64,000 nt of DNA from Diadema antillarum (Eukaryota), in NCBI RefSeq assembly GCF_040938485.1, contig NW_027271496.1, forward strand, positions 682,001-746,000, in the 5' to 3' direction. The notes below the pieces were generated by a model. It made no database searches, had not been told where the DNA came from, and was given only the letters and a program-made list of their open reading frames with translations. Below are positions 13,168 through 25,840 of the stretch, in pieces; the stretch's first letter is position 1, and each line of letters starts with the position of its first letter. The translations under genes were made by a program, and so were the position numbers.

Positions 13168-15983
13168 AGCCCTCATTCTCCAAAAGGAAAAATGGTGGCA
13201 GTCATACAGACCAGGGAGGTGGAACGACGCCGTATCAGAGCTAGTTGTCAGAGCAGAGCCGTGAGGGGACCATCGAATTGTACTTTTTAAAAACCAACAT
13301 TTCTTTTTCGTTGAGTAGAAGTGTAACTGTCGGAGAATAGAGCATCAAAATTCTATAACAAGCTGTTAAACGTATCGATTAATACATCCGTTCTGTTTTT
13401 CAACCAAGGATCGAGATGCCAATGTCTGTTCATTTCAACCAACACGTCCTCCATTCGTTAACTCGAGGTATTGACGCTTATTTTATTTAGGTAAACTACA
13501 TGTATGTTGTCTCACATGGGTATATATGATCTCGAAATGGAAAGAAGGTTAAAAACGGGGGATACATGACATTCGATGATGTATCTCTTTTCCTCCTGAA
13601 ATGACACTCTTGAGAAGCAGAAAGGAAATAATTTTGGTTTTGTTATAATCGTGTTTTTTTTTGGAAAAACTTATCTTATGCTAGCTGTATAATATGTAAC
13701 TAATATACCATTTACTTCAGTAATGTTGAATCTAAAGCTGCACTTACACACGACACTAGCACTCTACAGAATATCAGGTAGGACGTATGCTAGATGGGAT
13801 TCGATCTTGCAAGACATGAAATGGAGTAAAGTCTTAAGAAACTGCTGGATGAGAGGGGCAAGCACATGTCAAGGGGTCGACTTAATTGTACGATGATGCT
13901 GCTCAATTATCTAAGCACTTTCGAATGACAGTTTGATAGCTAGTTTACCAACTATAGAGTTTACCAACTAGACTAATGATCCAATACGACTAACGCATGA
14001 TTAAAAATTTTTAAAAAGTCCTAAAACTAATGCCTAGGTGCAGAAAGTGATTTGCTATCTTACACAAGGTTTTATTTCGTGTGACCCTCTACATGTGGAG
14101 CTGTTACAAACTGGTTGTCAATGATATACAGATGAAGTCATGGTGACGAAAGATTTGCCTCTATGATATTCTTTCCTTCTAGATGTTATATGAAAGAGGG
14201 GGGGGGGGGAGGGACTAAGGCAGTAATTTAAGTTAACTGATGCACTACACCCAATCCTTATACCGCCATGTTTTATTTCTGTACAAAACACTTGTGCATT
14301 CAATCGATTAAATCCTTTGTAAGGAAATATATATTTTTTTCTTCATCTCCATAAAGAACAAACTTAAACTGCACATACTTTTTCTAGGTTCTTTTTTCTA
14401 GGTGCAGAGCAGATTAATCATATTCACACACATATACTCTGCAATTTATAATTGATTATTATTGTTATCATATGCAAAAAAACAAACCACAACCTAAATT
14501 GGGGGAGGGGAGGCAGTTGTACAGATCCAAAATCAAAATAGTTTTGATATACTTGTACAATGATGAATAGTTATGTAAATACTCATACAGTTCTATATAG
14601 TATCATATTGTTTAAAGAGATGTCTCATTTTTGGTATTACAATATCTTGAAAACAGAGGAAGTTCTAAACCGGGATATGAAAAGGAAATAATACATATAT
14701 TGTTACCGAAATTACACTATTGAGAACCAAGAAGGATATAAGACGATTCGGAATGGAAATCATTTCGACGTTTATCAAGTCCGTCGGCCTTTGATAAGCT
14801 CGTGTTATGCTACCTGAATTTATAACAATAGCCGTCGTTTATTTCATACTTGCAAAGATACATGTATCAAAGCAAAACATTTTCAACGACCTACTATGAA
14901 ATACCACAAAGTGGGGTGTCTCAATCACTGCTCGTGTTGGTGTATTATACTCGTATGTAATTATGTATGTTTGTGAGACAGAGAAAAAAAAGAGAGTGCT
15001 TATGCCCCTGGACAAGATGTTTGTACCCGCCATGTTCCTCTCGACCCATTTGTATAAATGGGTACCTGGAAATGCTAGGGTAATAGCAGGGCCCCCTGGT
15101 AGACCAGTGGCAACACTGAAGAGGCTACACTCGGTAAATAAAATGATAATAATAATAACAATCATAATCATAATAATAATAATAAAAGTTGTCATTATCA
15201 TAAACATGCCGTAATGTCGTTAATGGTCGTCACAAGTCATGTGCTCATGAACCTTAAGGAGTTTGTGTGACCTTCAGTTAAAAGCTCAATCTTGTTAGCG
15301 TTGCCCGCTTTCAAATTAATAGAAGATTTATTCAGTGCTGAAGGATTAATCAACCTTTTACACTGTATATATCACTTCATTGCAACTTAATAAATGGTAA
15401 GAGACATGGCAACATTGAAGTCCTATCTAATCAGTGTGGATTGTACGAGTGCCCTCTTTCTAATAGTGTATTACTCTGATTTCAGTAGTATTTGTTTGCT
15501 GGTTTGTTTGTTTAGTTTTGTTTTGTTTGTTTGTATGTATGTATGTTTGTTTGTTTATATGATGGGGTGTGGTTACTATGATTAAGTAATCCACTTAGTA
15601 AGTTTGGTCGCTTTTTTTGGGGGGGGGGGGGCGGTGGGGGTAAGATCAAATTACCCAAGTATTCGATCTAACGTCTGACACCATTTCGAACCATAAAACA
15701 ATCTTACTGGCATTTGCAAGAAAATTTGCCATGTTGAATTTGTTAAGAACCTGTGTGATAACCTTAACCGTTAAAACGCATCGTGTAGCAAAAACAAAAG
15801 ATCTATATTATGTGATCTTAATCTTTCTGCTATATACAAAAGGTTTGTCTTTAGATATAGGCCTATCTTGGGCATGCGGAGGGCCCCAAAACATGATTCG
15901 TCTGGCACTATTCTAGGAGGAAGCACACTCATCACATCTGCAAGGCACATTGTTGGTTGTGATTGATATTGCCAGGGACCTCC

Positions 15984-16144
15984 TAGTTTGCAGGCACAAA
16001 CCCTTGTTGGTCGTAAAGGAGTCTGCGCCAAGACTACTATATGCACCACTTCGGCACTGTCCCATATAGGCTCCAGTGCAGCGTTGCGTGTATTAGTCTT
16101 GGCACATGCAGACTCCTAAAACAAGGGTTTGTGCCTGCAAACTA
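15984..16144. mobile_element. 161 bp MITE with TAG...CTA termini and 9 bp TSD (Academ/AcademH-like)
   Basis: TIR TAGTTTGCAGGCACAAACCCTTGTT / AACAAGGGTTTGTGCCTGCAAACTA. Identical GGGACCTCC flanks at 15975-15983 and 16145-16153. Confidence 0.75.
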
Positions 16145-16902
16145 GGGACCTCCCTGATATCGCTCGCCCTTTTTGACTGATTGCGTAGTCAGCGAAGCAT
16201 GTTGGGAAACACGACGCAATGATGCTGCATCTGTCAGTGGGGAAAACCCACTCCATAATGTCAAAAACTGCCCGTGCGCTGGGCTGTGCTCAGCACATGA
16301 ATAATTGACACCCCGGAATATGTGTGAATGCGCCATTTTACTCGATTCTGCTACAGGAATAGAGCTTTCCTCTTTGCACTTCTAGACTGAGCTTCATCGG
16401 GCTCTGATATTGCATGATTATAACTTGCGAGTCTGACGAACTTTCTTATGTAACTCTTCTTTCTTTCTTTCTTTTTTCGTAACAGTCAGCATGAAACGTA
16501 ACGTTGATAAAGTTGGCCAACTAAGGTTAATCAATTTAGTAAGTATTTCAATGATGTTAGAACAGAGTTTTAACTTCGGAATTTCATTGATCATGTTTGT
16601 AAATGAAACGTTATCATTATGAAAAAGTCCCTTTTGTGTGCTTTCTTTGTATGTGTATTACTAGTGTTGTTTGTTTTTTATGCCTGATGTGAAATGAGAT
16701 ATAAACTCAATTCAATATGAATTAAAAAAATCTTGCAAAAGAGCGTCTAAAATACCTCACGTTCATAACAATATTGTTAAGTGATGAAAATGTCGATACT
16801 TAAAACACAGGTGCGTATGAAAGATGAAAACATATGTGGCTTTAAACGATATATCTGTGTAGATTATATGCATAGGCTACTGAAAATGTCAGCCCTAGTT
16901 CC

Positions 16903-18125
16903 GTGGGTGCACGTCACGAGACCAACACCCATGAGTCATACAGCCCATCACGGGTCATAGAGCTCACAAATCATATTCGAAAAGAAGTTCAACAAGGCCC
17001 ACGAGACCGACACATCAATGAACCCTATAAAGCCCAAGCTATTTTGACCCATTGCAGGCCCAGGGGGGGGGGGGGGGGGGGCACATTGTGCCCCTTTATA
17101 ACTTCTTTATTCTATGATGTATGACCTTCATATTTCTCACTTGAGTATGCTAGTAGCTACTCAAACTCTACACGACCCAACATTTGAAATTTCTCAAGGT
17201 CATCTACTGAGGGCGCTATTTACCAAAATATAAAGAAATACATAGGAAATATGCGAAAATCATTTTTTTTTGTCATTTCTTTATCCCCAGTATAAATGAT
17301 TTTATTTTATATCAATCATTTTCATATTTACCACAAAAGGATAAGTAAGTCAACCGTCGCTGTTTGTTACGGTTGAAAGTTCTCAAGGTCAACATGTGGG
17401 GGCGCTGTTCATTACTATGTAAAGAAATATATGAAACCTATGATGTATTGCTTGGAATGGATACATATAAAGGTATTGCATGTCATTTTTCCAAAATATT
17501 GACATTTTGAGTTTACAGATTGATAATAATAAACACATGATGTCACGAGCAAAACTTTTGTCAAGATAAAACAAAATAAAAGGGTAGCCTTTGGAATATG
17601 CTGTATTTTCGATTATTTCTATTACATCTATTGTTTGATGCCTATGTCATTCAAAAAATGAAGGAAATAATAAGAAGACCATTTCAGGGTAACTTCCAAC
17701 CATAATTGCTTCACATTTTGGTCCTTCAGTAAATTACAGTCATTATTACATTGTTAATTGAAATTGAAACAGGATATCATGCAAAATCTGACGAACATGG
17801 TTGTCAGTTTACGGTTGCCATGGCAACCAGCAATATCAGACATAATTAAATTCTATATCAAAATGTTTGAAATGAGATTTTACGAAAAGTCGTCAAATTT
17901 GGTTGAAATCGGGTAAAGGGTGTATGAGTGGCAAATGAAAATACGGTAGGGGGCACAATGTGCCCCCCCCCCCCCCCTTGAACTTTATAGGGTTAAGCCC
18001 CGTGCTGTATCTGTCGAACTTGTGGGCTGTGTCGAACTCATGGGCTGTATGACTCGTGAGCTGTATGACTCATGTACCTGTTTTCAATGTCAAACTCGTG
18101 GGCTGTATGACTCGTGGGTGTCTGT
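16903..18125. repeat. Element built of cacgagaccgacac / catgagtcatacagccc units, split by the piggyBac-like copy 2
   Basis: The left arm (16903-17015) and right arm (17997-18125) carry the motif in opposite orientations. The same family recurs at 43763-44070. Confidence 0.6.
17023..17992. mobile_element. Non-autonomous piggyBac-like element, copy 2 (0.97 kb)
   Basis: Colinear with 4758-5757 along its length; TGAA/TTAA flanks and the same TIRs. Confidence 0.8.
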
Positions 18126-18151
18126 CTAGTGGGATGACCCCAGTTTCATCT

Positions 18152-18228
18152 CTCACATATCTTCTTGATAAGTCCATAGATGAGGGCGACTTTCCCTCGC
18201 GATGGAAGGAGTCCAAACTAGTCCCACT
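18152..18228 (+). mobile_element. CR1/L2 LINE ORF2 fragment (pre-RT region)
   Basis: LTYLLDKSIDEGDFPSRWKESKLVPL matches the conserved lfn.Sl..G.fP..WK.a.v.Pi motif. Confidence 0.65.
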
Positions 18229-19390
18229 CTCATTTCATTTCACTTATTTTCACTTAATAAAACATGCATAAAAATGTGACAAAAGAAACAAAAAAGCAAA
18301 CAAACAACCAAAGTTATCAAGTGAAGGGGTTGACAAGGCAATAGACCTTGTTAAAAATTGACCCCGGGAAAGTAAATACAGCGTTTTGTCTCTTCTTTCT
18401 ATGAACTGTAACTAACAAAAAAAGTCGGCACACGCACACACACATACATTTTATACACAGACAAAAACATATAGGGGCCTACCGTAACAATACACAAGAC
18501 ACAATACACACGAAGTAAACCTTATTATTGAAATATTTGTGTTCGTTATCCTGTCTGGATGTTTTGCTGGATGTGTAATATGACATGTGCACGCATTCGC
18601 ATCCTATACATCCACCTAACTAGAATAGCAAGGAGGTGTCAGGTGGGCAGTCTTGTGGTGTTATTTTTTTTACCATAATAGGCTTTTAATAGATTGCAAA
18701 CTGACATGTGACGGTGTCAGGCTAGGCTGGCCACTCAGATGTTATTTTGTGAGATATGATACAAAAGTTTGTTTCTTTCAGTTACTGCTGTTGTAGATAA
18801 AGTGAATCGGAAATTCTCGTATTAGAGATACTCGATGTTGTCCGTTTATTAAAGTAATGAATATCATTTGCCTTTGACTAGGACGGTTTTTGCTAAATCC
18901 ATATTCTCCTTTTCTGGACCAAAATTTTGGAATTCTCTTTATAATAACATAAAAGAAGCTTTAGGTTTTAATACATTTTCTTTAAAGTTAAAGAAATATT
19001 TAAAAACTTCGTATGCAGTATAATGATTCATTCTTTTTTTATATATTTGTGATTTTCAAAATTGTTGTTGCTCGGTAATCTCACTACTCTTTGTTTATCA
19101 GTGAGCCCGTGCTTCTGTGCCTCCAGTGCCCTGGTTATGACCCATCGTTTCCTTCTCCTCTCTCCCTCCCCCCCCCCCCCCTCTTGTCCTCCTCGGGACT
19201 TACTACCTTCCTCACTGTCTCTCTATCCTCTCATCTATCTTTCCTTACAAGAGAGCCGCCTTGTGTTTGTCAATGTGCGTTGGTATATGTGCATGTATGT
19301 GTGTATTACTCTGTCTTTTTTTTTACTACCACTTAGGGAAATTGTTGTTATTTCTTTTTTGCTACTATATGGTTGTTTTTTTTGTACGAG

Positions 19391-19651
19391 GGGACTGCAT
19401 TCTACAAGCTCTGCTTTTTAGCAGTCCCCTCCATTTCCAGCAATATTGTTTATGAATTTATCACAGTGAAATAATTTATTTTTTTACCTCAGTTGGAAAT
19501 TTACCTGTATCTGTTTTACAATGTTATTTCTGTTCATCGCATTATGGTACTGATTTTCTGACATCTGTGTATATAAATGTTTCATTGTACTTCCAATTAT
19601 TTTGTTTGTTGGAAATGAAATAAATGAACTTGAACTTGAACTTGAACTTGA
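19391..19651 (+). mobile_element. LINE-like 3' end with stem-loop and (GAACTT)n tail
   Basis: Stem gggactgc...gcagtcccc, then AATAAA followed by tandem gaactt repeats, as in CR1/L2-group tails. Confidence 0.5.
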
Positions 19652-21790
19652 ACAGTGTTGCAACTTTAACTTTGACTTCCTCCACATTTATTAATCAGGT
19701 GATAATCGAATCACATTGTAAATGCTGCAGTTTGAGAAAATGTGCACGGCAAGTTGGCTACAAACTTGGTAAAAAACACAAGCACAAAAACATATTTGCC
19801 AATGTCAAGATGTTCGTTACAAAACAAAATCATTTTAAACAATAATATTTGTATGTAGGATTACATACAAATATAAACGCTTATAGTAGCCGGATTTCCT
19901 CTTTTACAAAAACAATTTACACTATAATTGTTTAGTTACAAGAGAACTTCTAAATGGTGGTAGATGATTCAAGATTAATATATCTCTTTCTGGTAAAAAA
20001 AAAAGAATCCGGGAAGAGCTATATTGGTAAAATTACTAGCATGCAAATGGCATATTATTACTTTGTGGTAAGTGGAGGATATATTGGCTGATTCACAATG
20101 CTATTGACTCTAACGTTCAACTACATGTATGCAAGTGTATATTATAACTCCTGGTGAATAGAATCGAAAGTGTCCATAGACCGTTATTTCTCGATGTGTA
20201 TTCACGAACATCCTCACAAGTTGCAGTTCCGATCCGACATTGGATACTCAATATTGCCTCAGCCTCCGTTACAACTGCAATGTACAAGATATGTGTGATA
20301 TTAAACATAATTATACAGTGCATCCGACTACAAGAAAAAGAAAACGATTAGCAGTGAAAAAAAAAATTAACTACATCTGATCCAGCTTCAATCGACTACT
20401 CCTGACAACGATTCATCAGTTCAATTACAGTTTCGATATTACTTTTGAAGTAATAGTCTCCATATTCATCATTATTTTGTAATCATTCAAATTAGTTATT
20501 GTCGAAAAAACATATCGTGTGCTTCTTCAGTCAGTATGCGCCTCCTATCTTCACTCAGTATACGACTCATGTCTTCGTGTTTTCCTGATTCCAGCGATGG
20601 ACTGCTTCAAGTGTTGCATAGCTGCTACTGTCAGGACTTACAGTAAAAGTAGATGTGTACATTCAAACCCTTTGCAGGCCAGATTTATCAGTAAACGTTT
20701 AAAATTGCATTGTTTGATGTTACATTCTTTTCTTACAATGAATAGCCAGTCCATGCTCATGGTTGTGCTCCAAACATGCTTCACAAATCATTAATAAAGT
20801 TCAGGAATTTCAGGTCTTCCCTTTCTTTCTAAAACTCTTCTGTCAGTAAAAACAGTCACGCAATTACATGTGTAAATGAAACAGATTAAACCGAAAAAGT
20901 GTAAGATTGTGTTGTTTCTAATCTATTTCTTTTTTAAAAAGATTGATATCGTTGGTACATACATACATGTATAGGACCTACGGTTAAGCTGAGCTAATGG
21001 TGTTGTCGCCTCACAATTGATCTTATATTGGTTAAACAAACATGTTGTATTATACATTGTACAACTACCTGTCAGTTGTATGATGTCAGATACACCAGCT
21101 AAAAAAATCCCTTCTGTTTGGTTGCTGCTCTTCGATAATTTGAGGAGAAGGATAGAATTCATTCTTTCTTTTTCCATTCAAAGAGATGGTTCAGTTTCGC
21201 TTGAGATGGGACTTCAGGTTTCCAACTTCTTTTGACGATTTTTGTTTCTGGAGATAATGAGATGCCTCTTATGAATTATGTAAAATCATATTATTCAAAG
21301 AGGAATTCAAAGTTTGTTTGATTTTTTTTTTGTTGTTGAAATGGTTGAGACATTCAATACAAAGCAATTTTAATAAAAAGTGAGGCCACCCTTCATCAGG
21401 ATTACTTTGTTTAACTTTAGTTTATGGATATTTCAAAACATTCCTTTTCGTCAAGTAAACTCTGAATTTATCTTAGAATATTTGCATGCTCTTTACCATT
21501 CTATAAAGTGGTATCTAGAAGTACACAATATCTCGCAAAAAGGTACAAGCTGAATCCTCATCTCAACCAAAACTACACCATCCCTTTAACATCCAAGAAT
21601 GAGTTTTCTTCATGAGAGTGACATTATTGATGACCTGCCTAACAACCTGTCTTGTGATCAAACTACTTGCAGTGAAGTTGGGCAACAAGTTCAACTTCTA
21701 GCTGTTTTGCTAAAATCAGAACAGATATGTCACCATCCCGCCTTTAGTTAACTGCAAATAGAAATGTCGGAATGTCGGACCAATGGGATT

Positions 21791-23740
21791 TCATTTATTT
21801 TCCTGCATGAGATCTTTGTAGATTTCGTAAGCGAACATTGCAGTATGCAACTGGTACAGACTTGAAAATGGCTCCAAGAGAACACCAATCACTTCGGCTG
21901 TATCTTTTCCGAAGAACATACTGTGAACCAGCCAGTGTTCAATGATGAAGCTTCGGATTACCCACTCCGTTGCATTCATCACGATGATGTAAATGAGACA
22001 GGAGAGATTCCACTTGGTCCTTTGATGATTCACTTTGGGATATCGCTGGATGTTGAGCAGGAAAGCCGTTGTAAGCCAGATGTTAATTGTGACAACAAAA
22101 GAGTACACGATTGCCGCGACAGATAGCAGTATATCGTCGCTCGAAAGCGAGCCCTTTCTTGTGAGAACACCAATAGCTGCCGACGAACGTAAAAAGTTCT
22201 GACTAAATATCCCACAGGTGCAGAGCAGAAGAAGAACCTCGTGACCTCTAAATTTCCTTTTGGAAAATCTTCCCGAAAACACTGTCTGTGGACAGGTATA
22301 TGACCACGATGACTCATTTGCTAGCAGAATGAAGAGAGGGACAAGATAGGCAATTTCTATGGTGTAGAGAATTGAAGTCTTGTTTTCATTCAAATGCTTA
22401 ATGGGCATTTCGATAAAAGTGACATTTGTTACAAAGTAGACGAGTCCGGTGCAAATGAGAATTGTCCAGCTCTTGTATACATGCTTCAGAAATTCTGAAG
22501 ACGACCCTACCAGTAACTGCTGCGATTCATCCCTGTTGAACATTTGACTACATGGCAAGCACAATGCCATGTGACGGAAGTAGGATCTACAGGCTTTTCC
22601 TACAGCTCGCAGCTTCAACGAAAATCTCTGGACCTGCATTTCCTCATGTTGAGAATCGGTGTCATTCGATTTCAATGCAGTCTTTGGAATCAGTGCGTTC
22701 CAGAACTGCAAGTAAATTGCAGTACTAATGATACTACATTCTTTGTACATCGACTGCATGGACTTTGCGAAGGCGTTTAATCCCACAGCAGTGTAATTCA
22801 AATGGCACACGGTGTCTAATTGATTGTACGAAGAGTTCATGACTTTTTGGAGCGGCGAGATCTCCGCTACACCCGACATCCACAGTCCCCAGGACAGAAG
22901 TACTGCGACCACGAAACAATTTTTTGTTGTTGAAGCAAAGACGGCATCATGATAGCGAGCAAAGAACATTATTGCCAGGAAAATCGTTAGTCCATTAGCA
23001 ACAGTTATCAGATTATCAGTTACAATAACCATACCTGAATCCCCACATGCAAATCTCGCTATGATAAAGCCTAGACTACTAATGACGTCCAAAAAACCAA
23101 ACACGTTGAATAAATTGACCAAAGATCGATTAGCATTGAAGGTGGTCTGTTCGACTAAAGAAGTATCGTTGATTGTATCATGTCGCCGACAAGAATTCCA
23201 AGGAGTAAAATGCCTCTCCCTCTGCTGGGAGCTGTCATCTGTAGAATGTTCGTCACCTATTGACCCGTATGAAGTGTCAGGCACCAAGCTATTGTCGCAT
23301 TGACTACAAAAATCCGAGTCTAATCGGTCAGGTCCACGTGGAGACGAAGATGTAAAAGCAGACGACGATGGAGATGGTCGAGGCCTCCGTTGCGTTGTAA
23401 ATCTACTCCTGCACTTCAGTTGCAGGCCGATTAGTCTGGCACAGTGCTGACAGCGCATCGGCCATAGAATACGTCCTTCTCGGTGCAATTTCTTCCGATG
23501 CCGTAAGAGGAAGACAAATGACGCAGAGACAATGAGTGCAAGTATGACCGAGCATATTTTTCTGACGTACTTGATCACCGATGAGCTGTCCTGCAGCTTC
23601 AGAGGAATGATTGGGAGAAAGGAGAGACAGATACCGATGCTAGCGAGCAAGCAAACAAGCATTGTAGCATTATAGTGACGTAGAGATGAAACACCACACG
23701 ACCCGTCACCTGGCATATTGACTCTGTAATATGACTTCAA
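21791..23740 (-). CDS. Intronless, divergent otopetrin-like (OTOP family) multi-pass membrane protein, 649 aa
   Basis: Uninterrupted 1950 nt ORF with about 12 hydrophobic segments in two halves. OTOP-like landmarks: FFARYH..F, LW..V.E, KECS....YLQFW (cf. iEYS...ly.mW), NATEW, and the C-terminal FFG...EVIG....PFSSLYQLH...YEIYK (cf. FYG..W.ii..i..Pl.iFYRfHs...Evw). Confidence 0.75.
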   Translation of the reverse strand: MKSYYRVNMPGDGSCGVSSLRHYNATMLVCLLASIGICLSFLPIIPLKLQDSSSVIKYVRKICSVILALIVSASFVFLLRHRKKLHREGRILWPMRCQHCARLIGLQLKCRSRFTTQRRPRPSPSSSAFTSSSPRGPDRLDSDFCSQCDNSLVPDTSYGSIGDEHSTDDSSQQRERHFTPWNSCRRHDTINDTSLVEQTTFNANRSLVNLFNVFGFLDVISSLGFIIARFACGDSGMVIVTDNLITVANGLTIFLAIMFFARYHDAVFASTTKNCFVVAVLLSWGLWMSGVAEISPLQKVMNSSYNQLDTVCHLNYTAVGLNAFAKSMQSMYKECSIISTAIYLQFWNALIPKTALKSNDTDSQHEEMQVQRFSLKLRAVGKACRSYFRHMALCLPCSQMFNRDESQQLLVGSSSEFLKHVYKSWTILICTGLVYFVTNVTFIEMPIKHLNENKTSILYTIEIAYLVPLFILLANESSWSYTCPQTVFSGRFSKRKFRGHEVLLLLCTCGIFSQNFLRSSAAIGVLTRKGSLSSDDILLSVAAIVYSFVVTINIWLTTAFLLNIQRYPKVNHQRTKWNLSCLIYIIVMNATEWVIRSFIIEHWLVHSMFFGKDTAEVIGVLLEPFSSLYQLHTAMFAYEIYKDLMQENK

Positions 23741-24457
23741 TTCACTCTAATTGATAAACAGTTTCTCGGTGGTATGCGAATAGTTCACAAAAGTCGCGAA
23801 TGCTCTGGGAAGTTGCTTTCACTGACAACTCTTACCCATAAATGAGAATCTGCTCTTATAGGCACAATTATCTTTGAGTCCCTGTTGAAGATCTCATTTC
23901 TTCGTCACATCACAATGAAATGATAGGCTGTGACTAAGAGTTTCACAACGTCAAATCATCACGAGTGAAGTTTCTATCCTTTTCAGTAACATGACCATCA
24001 TTACGTGTACGTCTGATTCAAGGCATTGTGACAAAGTCTCTTAAAGAGAAAAGCACTCATAATGAAGGAGTATATAAGTATCTCTTTTCAAAGTTAAAAT
24101 TTCTCTTTCATAATGGACTAAGAATTAATAACGACAGTTCCGATATGCAATTACAGCTTGTGTGAAATCGAAAGCTTGATGGGGTCCCTCGCTGAAACTG
24201 AAAGTGCTTATTGATTTCATATGTTTGGCGAGCTCTGTACTTTGTATACCTGAAAGTAAAAATGAGAAATAGAGTTCGGTAAGCCAATATCTGAATAACC
24301 ACAAACATTGACTAAGAGTAAATGAAATTCATTTTGGCGAACATATTGAACAGTTTAAGGGAAAAACAGGTATCCATTTCATCACGAGATATGCTTATAC
24401 AACTGTACTTCTAATAAATAATCTTGGTGCATATGATCAAGCTTTCAATATACCATC

Positions 24458-24462
<5 letters not shown>

Positions 24463-24498
<36 letters not shown>
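24463..24498. repeat. (TA)n microsatellite
   Basis: Direct reading. Confidence 0.95.
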
Positions 24499-24500
<2 letters not shown>

Positions 24501-25689
24501 TCTTATTTATTCCGTTTAATTTTCACAGTATAGTCCTTTTAGTAAAGAAAAAAAACTGACCCTTTTTTTCCAATTTATTATTTCTTTTAATGCGAATAAG
24601 AGTGAAATATCATTAACAGATTTTATTTTCCTCTATTTGATGATCATCTTTCTTTAAACACTTTGAAAATGGCGTTAAACTGGTTTTGCGTTCAAGTTCT
24701 TTCTTTTCTTAACCTTTTCTCAGCCTGACAACGGAGTAAGAGAGCTGTAACTTCTTTTTTTTTTTTTCAAGCGAGGTCGTTTAAAAGGGTAAACTAGCTT
24801 CCTCTGAGCAGGGCGTCTCACCTCCCCTGCTCTGAGCCAAAAGTCAAGTTCCTTCTAGTGGAACCATTTTCTTCAGTCCCAACTGATTCCAGGTATGCAA
24901 GGTTGACTGCTTGAAAACTATGTTGAAATCAGTTTGAAGAAGATACAAAGATTGTCTAATCTTCATTAATGTGTGAGACAGCAGCAAACTTGGACACTTG
25001 TACTCATGGACTAGCAGCACTCAGGATCTCATTGTCTAGTAACTAGCTGTTACTTTGGGTTTGCATGTTTGAAGCATTAATCTTCATTACATGTCGATGA
25101 AGCATAAATAGCTTATTGTTTTCACAGGTATGCTCCGTAGAAATTTGATTTTCCGACTGTGTATTTGGAACACATCTTTTTGAACTTCCAACCTGATTGT
25201 GCCAAATTACATTATGATACTTTTTTCTTACACCAGCAGTGTTGGTGACAAAATTAAATGCCATGCAACCAGCACCGAAATATGTGATCCAAGCTCAGAT
25301 CATCCCAATGTATGGGAAATTTGATGTCGGTGTATTGATATATTAATTACGTTTGACGAACGAATGTCAATATGGATATCTCATTTACCAGCACTTTGTC
25401 CTCATCTTTTTAAACACCATTCATTTGAGGTGATTAAGCCGTTAAGGACGAGTGCCGAGTATATTTGGGCAGGCGTCTATGGGATTTGCGTGTTGTAGCA
25501 AAATCAGTCCATCCTCAACGGGTTCAGCACAGTTCATCACAACTGCAGCCTTGCTAGGAACTTGGAATTTACAGTGGGATCAGGAGGGATATAGTGGATT
25601 CTATAAGCACCTCATCTGAGTGAGTGCTTGTGTTCAGCTGATTGGGATCAAATTGGGATCCAGAGGGTCTAGAACACTCTACCACATGA

Positions 25690-25840
25690 CTACTATGCTC
25701 TTGAAATGATTTTAGTTTTATAGATTTCCAAAGCTGCATTAACCGTGTAGAAAACAAAAGACAGCGTTTGGGGCATTTATGATGCAATGTGTGCTCCAGG
25801 AATTTATACCCCCTCCCCCTTGTTTTTTGTGTGTGCAAAA
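25690..25840 (-). mobile_element. CR1-type LINE ORF2 3' relic
   Basis: KTRGRGYKF......CPKRCLLFSTRLMQLW resembles the CR1 TRGH..KL.......r..fFs.Rv...WN motif. Confidence 0.5.

Noticed and set aside
20117-21235. Cys-containing short ORFs suggesting WSC- or Ig-like exons on the minus strand
   Set aside because: Multiple stops in the motif-bearing frames, and no phase-consistent exon chain could be built.
21340-21405. Minus-strand CTGATGA suggesting a hammerhead ribozyme
   Set aside because: No GAAA core or supporting stems follow.
21923-23303. Five plus-strand ORFs within the OTOP-like gene
   Set aside because: Antisense shadows of the long minus-strand ORF.
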